Below, in pieces: positions 53,640 to 64,000 of a DNA stretch of 64,000 nucleotides. This DNA is from Octopus sinensis. Taxonomy: Eukaryota. The notes under the pieces are model-generated. The model saw only the letters and a program-made list of their open reading frames with translations. It was not told where the DNA came from and searched no databases. The stretch is taken from NCBI RefSeq assembly GCF_006345805.1, contig NC_042997.1, positions 183,520,001 through 183,584,000 of the forward strand. Direction: 5' to 3'. Made by a program: the position numbers and the translations under genes. Position 1 is the stretch's first letter, and each line of letters opens with the position of its first letter.

Positions 53640-55100
53640 GTGTAATGCTTAGATTAACAATTATCCATTTTCCTTACTTTGATACATTTTGAAACTTCTA
53701 ACTTCAGGAATAGAATATATTTACAATCGGTTAGTTAAAATAGGTTTGTGAAATAATTTGACACAACATAGGAAAATTCATTGTAGTTATAATGAAAATA
53801 AATCCTTCTTATGGTAAAAGGGGTAATAAAAACTTCTGTCAATATGCTTGTGAGTCTACTGCATCTCTTGGGCATCCATAGTTTACATTAGCTACACAGT
53901 AAGAAATTCCTACATACTTCTTTTATGTATATCAGACATGTTGACATCCCCAATTGTAGTAGAGTCCTGTCTTTTTCCCTACTAACTAAAAGTTTTGTGC
54001 TTGCAATTTTTACTTTGTGTTTGCTGTTTTTACTTCGAAGCCTCTCAATTCTAAGCATTGTTTCCACATTTGGAAGTTATTCTCTAATTCTTCCGTGGAT
54101 TTGGTTTTGAGTATTAGAACCTCGACAAATAAAAGTTTATGCAGAAAGCCAGCCTTAAACTTCTCTCTTAGCCTTTGAACAGGGACAGTGCATATATCTG
54201 CACAAAATTTTATTTCTGTTAACTGTGGAAAGCAGTTTTATCCTATAGCCTTGATAAAAAAAATAACATCCCTTTATACTACAAGTGGAGACATCCCAGT
54301 TAAATGTTCTGGCAAAAAACAATTTTCAGATATTTCAAAATATGCAAAAAACAATTTTCAGATATTTCATCAAATACTTCTATTTTTTAGTAGTAGATAT
54401 GAAAAATGTCCCCATAGCGGATACTGGAAAAGTATTGCAGAAGCAGAAAATGTCAATTCTATTTTTCAGTTGATTATTAAAATCATTACAGGAATTATCA
54501 TAAAGTTTAATTACACAGTCAAAATGTTAAGAACAGGATGATTACAATAAACAGGAGTTATTGAGAACCAAATCCTGATCAATTCCTATTTGCATGCTAA
54601 ATTCCTCATTGAACTTATTGCAAACACTCTTCTCACTTTCTGCAGCATATACTTGTTGCATGACTCTTATGTGTCACTTATCTACACTTATCTACATACA
54701 TAGTACCCTGTCAGAAGCCTTTCCCGGTTAATGAATACTTGGTATTGTAGCTTGCTCTATGAACTTCTGCAGTTGTTTTTCTAGAAAGAAGATATTAGTT
54801 GTATTCAGTTTTCATTATAAATCCAAACTGCATCTCATCCAAGTTAACTTATTTCCTCATTAGTTGGGCTACAATACTGTTACTTTCATAATTTGATGTC
54901 TCTGTATTTGCATCTGTAGCAGTTGTTGATGAATACTGCTCTGTCAGTTATTGGAGATGATACCTTTCTGTACCACTTGACTATGTAAATGGCTAGAGTA
55001 TAATTAAAAGACTTGACGTAACATTATATACACAAGCAAATTTATTAGTTGCTGCCAAAGTTAAAGAATGAGTTATGAAAGAAGGGCTTGGCTTACAGTC
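53640..55100 (-). pseudogene. Degenerate RTE reverse transcriptase region, interrupted at about 54140-54600
   Basis: LDEMQFGF..KQLQKFIEQ..KGF*QG and LILKTKSTEELENNFQMWKQCLELRGFEVKTANTK remnants. Confidence 0.7.
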
Positions 55101-55192
55101 CAACAATGTCACTCATAGCCCATGAGAGTGCATATCCATAAATATTCTCCTCCTTCTCATTTTCTCTTTCTTTCTCTGTATATATATATATA

Positions 55193-55595
55193 TCATCATC
55201 ATCATCATCATCATCGTTTAACGTCCGTTCTCCATGCTAGCATGGGTTGGACGGTTCGACCGGGGATCTAGGAAGCCAGAAGGCTGCACCAGGCTCCAGT
55301 CTTATCTGGCAATGTTTCTACAGCTGGATGCCCTTCCTAACGCCAACCACTCCGTGAGTGTATTGAGTGCTTTTACGTGCCACCTGCACAGGTGCCAGGC
55401 GAGGCTGGCAACGGCCACGGTCGGATTGGTGTATTTTATGTGCCACCGGCACAGAAGCCAGTCGAGGCGGCGCTGGCATCGGCCACGAGTCGGATAGTGC
55501 TTTTTACGTACCACCAGACCAGGGATCCTGGCTGGTTCAATTCGATTTCGATTATCTTGCCCCAACATGTCTTCGCAAGCAAAGGGGGTTGGCAT
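55193..55595 (-). mobile_element. RTE LINE 3'-end fragment
   Basis: Family 3' UTR. Confidence 0.85.
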
Positions 55596-55596
55596 G

Positions 55597-55660
<64 letters not shown>

Positions 55661-55674
55661 TCTTTTGTCCTTTG

Positions 55675-56151
55675 GTTCTTTTACTTGTTTCAGTCATTTG
55701 ACTGCAGCCATGCTGGAGCACTGCCTTGAAGGAGTTTAGTCAAACAAATTGACCCCAGGACTTATTTTTTAACCAACGTAAACACACCAAAACTGGTTGT
55801 CAAGCAATGATGATGGAGACAAACACAGCAGACATGAAAACACATAAATATATACATATATAGATATGTACATATATATAGATATAGATATATACATATA
55901 TATACAGACAAAGGGCTTCTTTCAGTTTCCATCGATCAAATCCACTCACAAGGCTTTGGTTGATCTGAGGGTATAGTTGAAGACAATTGCTCAAGGTGCC
56001 ATGCAGTGGGACTGAACCTGGAACCATGTGGTTGGGAAACAAGCTTTTTAGCATGCTATGTAGTACTTAGGGCAAGTGTCTTCAATTTTAACCCCATGCC
56101 AATCAAACCCATATGAGTGGATTTGGTTGATGGAAACTGTGAAAGAAGCCC

Positions 56152-56155
<4 letters not shown>
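55675..56155 (-). mobile_element. Family B SINE pieces (minus copy plus short plus-strand core)
   Basis: Matches to the family. Confidence 0.75.
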
Positions 56156-56195
<40 letters not shown>

Positions 56196-56255
56196 CAGCC
56201 TAAAGTTCCATAGGTTCATGATAGGAACCTAGCTCATCTGGCTTAGGTGGCTGAA

Positions 56256-56291
<36 letters not shown>

Positions 56292-56448
56292 ATATAACCT
56301 CAGAGGCAAAATTAGTTGATATATATATAAATATATATAATCCTATATATAATGGACACCTATACGGTTATATATATTTATTAATTTTGCCTATGCAGTT
56401 TTATGCTTGCAGCCACTAATATCATTATCTCTTACGAGTAATAATGTT

Positions 56449-56485
<37 letters not shown>

Positions 56486-57044
56486 AATGAAATTATTGTA
56501 TACAGTACTCAGGTGCACCACAAAAAGAAAGAAAGAGTGTGCATGTGTGTGTGTTTATTTATACATCCAAAGAACTGAATAAATTTTAGGGATCACAACG
56601 AAGCCAAAAGTATGTTGGTAAGTAGTTACGTGCTCTTCGGAAAGGATATTCATTATAAAAAATGGGCGACAAAAACATCCTGAGTTATTCCCCCTGTACA
56701 TATTCTGCTATTATACACAGTATAATATGATATATCAGTTAAACATATTAAGAAATATAATCGAAGGGTATATTGTGGATATGTTTTAGAGTATACACTA
56801 ACCGTACGAACAAATCATTTTTTTTTAAAAATAAAAGGAAGGTTTTTATAATTCATTTGATTGCAAATCTCGCCTTGTTAAGATTGTTAATCTTAACTAT
56901 AGCAGCACGAAAGACTCATGTTAGCCGTTGAAAAACACAAAAACGGTTAACTTCGACCTGGTCACTACATCTCCTTCAAATGAAGTTATGCAAAAAAAAT
57001 TTAGTAATTCCTAAATCCAATTTAACCATATTCAGCAATTACTT

Positions 57045-57665
57045 GTTTCAATCATTTGACCATGCTAGGGCACCGACTTGAAGGGTTTTAGTCGAATAAA
57101 TCGACCCCAGGACTTTTTTTTTGAAGTCTGGTACGTATTCTATCGGTCATTTTTGCTGAACCTTTAGATTATGGGGATGTAAACACACCAATACTGGTTG
57201 CCAAGCAGTGGTAGGGGACAAGCATAGACTTAGACATAGATGTGTGTGTAAACACACACACACACACATATATCATCATCATCATCATCATTTATTGTCC
57301 ATTTTCTATTCTGGTTGTGTTGGACAGTTTGATTGGATCTAATAAGACTAGGGTGGAGGGGCACACCAGGTTCCATTGTCTGTTCTGACAATGTTTCTAT
57401 GGCTGGATATCCTTCCTAATGCCAACCACTTTACAGTGTACTGGGTGCTTTTTATGTGGTACCAGTACCAGTGCATTTAATGCGACACCAGCATGAGTGT
57501 ATTTCATGTGGCACCAGCACCGGTATCAATTTTGCTGTGGACAAGTCTTCTTGGGTACAGCAAGGTGCTAGACATCTCGGTCCTTTGTCCTCTCTTTCAT
57601 AAGGCTCAATGTCAGAATGGAAAATGGACAATAAATGATGATGATGATGATATGTGTGAGTGTGT

Positions 57666-57699
<34 letters not shown>

Positions 57700-57835
57700 T
57701 GTATGTTTACCCACACATCTATGTCTAAGTCTATGCTTGTCCCCTACCACTACTTGACAACCAGTATTGGTGTGTCTACATCCCCATAAACTAGAGGTTC
57801 GGCAAAAATGACTGATAGAATAAGTACCAGACTTC
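57045..57835. mobile_element. Cluster of family B SINE and RTE 3'-end fragments in both orientations
   Basis: Matches to in-window families. Confidence 0.7.
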
Positions 57836-57969
57836 AGTACTTCATTGTATATCTTCCTGGGTCACTCTCTTTCACAATTTCCATCCACTTGAAGTGATCA
57901 GCACTTCTGTATGCAACTGCATCACATGATCATATACATACTTACACACAGACACACACACATATATAA

Positions 57970-58002
<33 letters not shown>

Positions 58003-58020
58003 TATATATATGTATACATA

Positions 58021-59460
58021 CTAGTCGAATAGACAATGCCCAGGTCACTGCTGTTCTTATTCATATTAGTAAACAATAAACATAAAGATATATTTTCATG
58101 ATTAATTCAAAATATCTATACTTTATTAAAGAAAAATATCCAAATTGTAATGATAATAGAATTTAGAACTGAAAAAATCTGTCAATCTTGAAGCACCTCA
58201 GAGAAAACAATATTCATTGTGTAATCTTTTGTTGGTGTCGAAATGAATAAATTGTTGCTGCTTCCAACTCACAAACAGGCAACACAGAGTTGGCCATGGG
58301 AGAACCATGTAGTAGAGAGATCAAGTGTAACTACCTTGAGAGATTGACCCTGAGATTTGCTAATTAAAATACCAAAACTTAGTCTGACTGGAAACTGAAG
58401 CATCTTAAATTCAAATGGAACATCTGTAGGTATGAGAGGAATTTTTGGAATGAAGACATTTTCTCCTTTGTGACTACCTGTTATGATTGTTGGGGCTTCA
58501 TGGAAGTAAGAATTAAGCAAGTTCCATTACACAGGTGAGAGGGGTCAAGATTCCTAAACAACATAATGGGAGCACCCAGTTTTAGTGTCAAGTTAAGCGG
58601 TCTCATCCCAGTGAGTTTAAGTGTGTTCAGAAATTCAACAGAGTTTTGAACAACCTGATCCTGATTGACTGTTGTCAATTGACCGAAGAGTCATTTCTGA
58701 TGTATCAGTTAACTTTTGAAGAAATTCATGATTGAGTTTATCAACCATATCATTAGTTAGAGCTAATATAGCTCTTTCACATAGCCAGTTTACATCAGTG
58801 TAATCTTTATATATAAAAGTCAAGTTGTGTGTCTGTCTCCTACGATTTAGATTCCTAACTACTCCCACATTTTGCGGTGCAGTTTAACCAAAACTGGGTA
58901 TCTTATAGTCGTGATTCATATCGAGCCCTTCTGGGTATTAGCGCGCGTCTACGATGAGTCTACGATTTAAAAAAAAATTTACCATCCTTTTTTTTCCATT
59001 TTAATGCATTTTTTCGCTATTACATAAGGGAAGCAACTCTCTAAAAATGTCTACGATGAGTCAACGATTAAAAAAAAAATTACCATCATTTTTTTCCATT
59101 TTTAATGCATTTTTTGCTATCTTTTGGCTATAACTCTCTAAAAATGCTTATATAGTTATTTCCCTTACAAACCCGAGCAACGCCGCGTGGTACTGCTAGT
59201 TGATAGATAAATTAGGAAATACTTTACCCTTAAGATCCCTAAGAGAAAGTATCATTTGACCATTCCACAAAATAAGAGGACACTGGAAAGGGATGAGTCT
59301 CTGAAACACGTTTCAGGTTGTTATCTCAAGCATGAATGAGAATATAGCGATTTTCATGGGGATCACCTACTATAAGGATGGCTACTTCATTAGATGTGGA
59401 CTCATTAAAACAGCATAAAATGTCCTTTACTATAGTTTACTATAGACATAACAAATGCAG
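58021..59460 (-). mobile_element. Internally deleted Helitron remnant (Rep fragment fused to Pif1-like helicase C-terminus)
   Basis: TSNEVAILIVG..LKRVSETH (Rep); KVFPNLSINYTDVNWLCERAILA, LKLGAPIMLFRNLDPSHLCNGT, LQFPVRLSF..KSQGQSLKV..FSHGQLCVAC (helicase); 3' end CTAG|T at 58021-24. Confidence 0.9.
58804..59199 (+). mobile_element. Non-autonomous Helitron (396 bp)
   Basis: A|TC 5' end, CCCGAGCAACGCCG GC-rich subterminal motif, CTAG|T 3' end, no TSD. Confidence 0.85.
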
Positions 59461-59877
59461 AAACACACACACACACACATTCACAGACACATAGACACTC
59501 ATAGAATTGATAATATTGAAATTCAAGTGAAACAAAATATAGTCAATATAGGTGCAAAACATACTTTCTGTAGCATAGTTATGCTATAAAAATCTTTTTA
59601 GGGAATATTTCCAAAAGAAAATTCCAGCGTTGGAAAGTCACCAATTTAGCAAAAATTACTGTAAGTCACCAATGCAACAAAAATGTCTTTTATGATAGGT
59701 AACTTATAGAAAGATTATAATATTAAATTTTTGTGATGCAAATATGTAAAGGAAAATAAAATTCCTTTGGTAGCTGAACAATTACTGAATCTTTTGATAC
59801 CTCAGACATCAAAATTGCCAACTCGGTTTTTGAATCCATAAGGAACATATGCACACACACACACACACAAACTCTCT

Positions 59878-60568
59878 TCGAACTTTGGGCCTCACTGAGG
59901 CAATGACTAGTGACCGGGACCTTTGGAAATATGCTGTGCATGAGAAGACTTGGCAAGCTCAAGTGAGACCATAACCTTGTGGCCTATGCCAGGGGCATAG
60001 CCAGCCCACTTATACGTATCTCTCCTTCATTGGACACTAAAGTCTGCTTGTGAAGACCTGTTGAGGCAAGTGAAATCGAAATTGAAATCAAATTCGATGA
60101 CTGGCATCCATGCTAGTGGAGCGCTAAGAGTACCATACGAGCGTGATCGTTACCAGAGCAACAAGCTGACCTCCGTGCCGATGGCCCGTAAAAAGCACTA
60201 TTCGAGCATGATCATTTCCTGTGTTGTCTTACTGGCACTTGTGCTGGTGACATGTGAAAAAAACATTCAAGCGAGGTCATTGCCAATGCCACTGGACTGG
60301 CTCCTGTGCAGGTGGCACATAAAAAGCACCATTTGAGCATGGCCGTTGCCAGTACCACCTGACTGGCCCTCGTGCTGGTGGCACATAAAAGCACCCACTA
60401 CACTCTTGGAGTGGTTGGCGTTAGGAAGGGCATCCAGCTGTAGAAACTCTGCCAGATCAGATTGGAGTCTGGTGCAGCCATCTGATTTGCCAGACCTCAG
60501 TCAAATTATCCAACCCATGCTAACATGGAAAGCAGACATTAAACGATGATGATGATAATGATGATGAT
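59878..60568 (+). mobile_element. RTE C-terminus and 3' end
   Basis: RTLGLTEAMTSDRDLWKYAVHEKT; (GAT)n tail. Confidence 0.85.
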
Positions 60569-60579
60569 ATATATATATA

Positions 60580-60780
60580 TAAGGATGTGTGCTGTGTGTC
60601 TTTGTATTTGTGTCTGTCTGCTTTCACTGCTTGATAACCAGTGTTGGTTTGTTTATGTCAGTTTAGCAAAAGAGACAGATAGCATAAGTAACAGACTTAA
60701 AAACGTAAGTACTAGGGTTTGACTTGTTTGACTAAACCTAGTATGGTGGCAGTTCTATGACTAAGACAAGTAAAAGATAA
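60580..60780 (+). mobile_element. Family B SINE 3' part, degenerate
   Basis: Diverged match. Confidence 0.6.
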
Positions 60781-60886
60781 ACGATAGATATAAAGTTGAA
60801 ATGTGAAAACAAAACAAAAAAAAAGCCAAAAAAGATTTAAAAACGATGTTTAACCACTTAGGAAAACAAATCTACTTGTAACTTAA

Positions 60887-61106
60887 CCTTTTAACATCCA
60901 GCTTACTCTGTCAAATGTCAAGCTTATTGGTTCACATTGTTTTGAATTAATAACATGTTGTGTCATAACTTGAAGACTTCAATGATGTGATTGCTTCTTT
61001 TTAGAATGACATTGTAATGTAAGTGTGAGAGGCCACATCTTGCTGGTTTGAACATAAATCAGGTAGAATATTTGGGCTGGATAAGGCCAGTTTGAATGCT
61101 AAAGGG
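60887..61106 (+). mobile_element. piggyBac-type MITE with TTAA TSD
   Basis: TTAA-CCTTTTAACAT...ATGCTAAAGGG-TTAA. Confidence 0.85.
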
Positions 61107-61421
61107 TTAAAAGTATCTCCTGATGCTTGTAGACACTTGGAAATGAGTTTTACATAGAATGGGCTTAAGACACTTAAGACAACACACACAAATTGTAATC
61201 AGAACCAAGATCCAGTTTCAATGATAAGCAAAAGGAGATGATTAATGGACTCTTGTATGAAGCTCAGGAAATGATTAAAACAATATGCAATAAAGCGTTC
61301 TGCCTAGGGGAGGACTTGGAAATGCAAGCAGCAGAATTTTAACAGATGACACATTAGCAGTTAATCCATGATCTAACCTACTCAACCACTTCTTTGCTAT
61401 AACTTTTTTTTAAAGCATCTT

Positions 61422-61695
61422 CATTATCATCATCATCATCATTATTGTCGTTGCCATCATTATCTCATCATCGTTGTTGTCATCAGCACTGTCATCATCA
61501 TCACCATCATCACCATCATCACCACCACCACCACCACCACCACCACCACCACCACCACCACCACCGCCACCACCATCACCACCGCCGCCGCCGCCGCCAC
61601 CACCACCACCACTGCCGCCACCGCCACTGCCACCGCCGCCGCCGTCACCACCACCACCACCACCACCATCATCATCAGTGCCATTGTCATCATCA
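61422..61695. repeat. Compound trinucleotide microsatellite (CAT/CAC/CGC)n
   Basis: Seen directly. Confidence 0.95.
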
Positions 61696-61701
61696 GTTTA
61701 A

Positions 61702-61921
61702 CCCTTTCGTTACCAACCCAGCTGAAACTGGCTCTGGCTCTGAGTACAAATGTCTTGTTTTCATAAGTTTTGAATTAAAATCTTCCACCAAACCTTAGTC
61801 ACAATTTATGTTCCTAACACTAGCTGAATGATTATCAAGTTATTTTACTAAATTCTCTGTTACATTTAAAGTAATTAAAAGAAACACTGAGCATCTCAAA
61901 ATAAATACGGTAGCGAAATGG
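61702..61921 (+). mobile_element. piggyBac-type MITE with TTAA TSD (46837 family)
   Basis: TTAA-CCCTTTCG...CGAAATGG-TTAA. Confidence 0.85.
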
Positions 61922-62261
61922 TTAACATCCACTCCTCCTTTGCAAGAAGCTTACCAAGGCAGATTTTTCTATGACTTGATACCCTGTCTGTTGCTAACCC
62001 TCACCTGTTTCTTAGTAAAGTAACATTTCCCCATGGCCAGACATGTTTGCACAGAATATTGGCAATGGCTGATACTGTTTGCATGACTGTGACACTCATT
62101 TACATCTATCATACAATATCAAGTCAAAGAGACACAAACACACACGCCTTCACACACACACACACTCACACACACACACATGCCTTCACACACACGCCTT
62201 CACACACACACACACACACATGCCTTCACACACACACGCCTTCACACACACACACAAATAT

Positions 62262-62503
62262 AAGGCGGCGAGCTGGCAGAAACGTTAGCACACCGAGCGA
62301 AATACTTAGAGGTATTTCGTCTGTCTTTACGTTCTGAGTTCAAATTCTGCCGAGGTCGACTTTGCCTTTCATCCTTTCGGGGTCGATAAAGTAAGTACCA
62401 GTTACATACTGGGATCAATGTGATCGACTTAATCCCTTTGTCTGTCTTTGTCTGTCCTTGTTTGTCCCCTCTTTGTTTAGCCCCTTGTGGGCAATAAAGA
62501 AAT
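62262..62503 (+). mobile_element. SINE family A monomer
   Basis: GGCGGCGAGCTGGCAGAAACG head to GCAATAAAGAAAT tail. Confidence 0.9.
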
Positions 62504-62524
62504 ATGTTTGTACATATAGAGGAG

Positions 62525-63085
62525 ACCTATTGAGTCAAGTACATCAGCATCAAAAAAAAAAAATCATATGGAAATTGTAGTTGTGATACCCGTTCAGGTG
62601 GCACGTAAAAAACACCATCCAAAAGTGGCCGATGCCAGCGCCCCCTTGGCTGGCTTCCATGCCGGTGGCACATAAAATGCACTAACTGATCATGGCCGTT
62701 GCCAGCCTCCTCTGGTCCCTGTGCCGGTGGCATGTAAAAAGCACCCACTACACTCATGGAGTGGTTGGCATTAGGAAGGGCATCCAGCTGTAGAAACACT
62801 GCCAGATCAGACTGGAGCCTGGTGCAGCCTCCTGGCTTCCCAGACCCCAGTCGAACTGTCCAACCAATGCTAGCATGGAAAACAGATGTTAAATGATGAT
62901 GATGATAATGATGATGAATGAATGAACTTCTTTCAGTTTCTATCTATCAAATCCACTCACTGGACTTTGGTCAGCCTGGGGTTATAAGTAGAAGACTCTT
63001 GCTCTAGGTACCACACACTGGGACTAAACCCGAAGTCATGTGGTTGAGAATTAAACTTCTTAATCACACAGCTACATCTGTGCCT
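62525..63085. mobile_element. RTE 3' end (+, 62525-62915) and family B SINE (-, 62925-63085)
   Basis: Matches to in-window families. Confidence 0.8.
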
Positions 63086-63239
63086 AAGACCAAATTACTT
63101 ATGATACTAAAACCATAGCTAAGTGCTGTTGTTTTGTCATTTGACTTCATATAGTAATGAGGTAAATTGCTGGCCATGCTTTATGGATACTTTTGTGATG
63201 CTGTCATCTACATGATTTGTTATATATATAAATGTTCCT

Positions 63240-63480
63240 TCTCGAGCCATGCCAGGCTCATAAGAGCCGGTTTCCCGGTTTCAATGGTGTAGAAATTCCC
63301 CACCTGGACGGGACACCAGTCCATCGCAGGATTACTCATTTTTGCCAGCTGAGTAGACTGGAGCAGTGTGAAATGAAGTGTTTTGCTCAAGAACACAACG
63401 CATCGCCCGGTCCAGGAATTGAAACCACAACTTTACGATCATGAGTTCAACACCCTAACCACTAAGCCACGTGCCTCCAC
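63240..63480 (-). mobile_element. SINE family C
   Basis: Near-identical to 24580-24840. Confidence 0.85.
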
Positions 63481-63589
63481 ACATGATTTGTTGAGGTGGT
63501 ATAGGCTGTAGCATCTACAAGCCGGTGTTACTGGTGACAGTTGTACTTGATTGTTAATTAGTGTATAGTATTATGAACTTCATAATATT

Positions 63590-63978
63590 GATTTCTAACA
63601 TAGGTACAAGTCTACACATTTTTGGATAATTGCTGTCAAATAAATATCAAATGGAAATTTTAGTTGTGATACCTGTGCCGGTGGCACATAAAAAGCACCA
63701 TCTGAACGTGGCTGATGCCAGTGCCGCCTTGACTGGCTTCTGTGCTGGTGGCATGTAAAAAGCACCAACTGATCGTGGCCGCTGCCAGCCTCCCCTGGCA
63801 CATAAAAAGCACCCACTACACTCATGAAGTGGTTGGCGTTAGGAAAGGCATCCAGCTGTAGAAACACTACTAGATCAGACTGGAGCATGGTGCAGCCTCC
63901 TGGCTTCCCAGACCCTGGTTGAACCGTCCAACCCGTGCTAGCATGGAAAACGGATGTTAAACGATGATGATGATGATT
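63590..63978 (+). mobile_element. RTE LINE 3'-end fragment
   Basis: Family 3' UTR and (GAT)n tail. Confidence 0.85.
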
Positions 63979-64000
63979 GATTAACCCAAGTCCCTCCTGA

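Noticed and set aside
54188-54541. 117-aa plus-strand ORF
   Set aside because: Antisense to the unclassified repeat and contains a 27-bp tandem duplication
54737-54790. Apparent 42-nt minus-strand exon (EKQLQKFIEQATIP)
   Set aside because: Part of the degenerate RTE RT motif following DEMQFGF
61445-61798. Poly-His / poly-Pro / poly-Val ORFs
   Set aside because: Trinucleotide microsatellite, open in several frames on both strands, with no unique coding flanks

Overview
AT-rich, microsatellite-dense animal genomic DNA. The repeat families match my recollection of octopus (coleoid cephalopod) SINEs and RTE LINEs, so the taxon is an inference. I can support no intact protein-coding gene: nearly all ORFs in the track are microsatellite read-through or repeat-derived. 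The window is a nested patchwork of tRNA-like SINEs (three families), dozens of 5'-truncated RTE LINE 3' ends, CR1-like and Jockey/I-like LINE remnants, Tc1/mariner remnants (several with TIRs and TA target duplications), TTAA piggyBac-type MITEs, two solo LTRs, and a Helitron remnant carrying a precisely inserted Helitron MITE. The most notable signal is a set of (TA)n-associated elements with hammerhead-ribozyme (HHR) motifs. Two near-identical 185-bp copies (13008-13190, 14062-14242) carry a near-canonical minimal type I HHR at the tip of a long hairpin and bracket an RTE 3' end, an arrangement resembling a retrozyme. At least six decayed HHR-like relatives occur elsewhere. A CpG-retaining, largely unique zone at about 31-39 kb may be a promoter region, and one well-bounded candidate exon lies at 48778-48826 (-). 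Coordinates were read by eye; ends of degenerate repeats are approximate.
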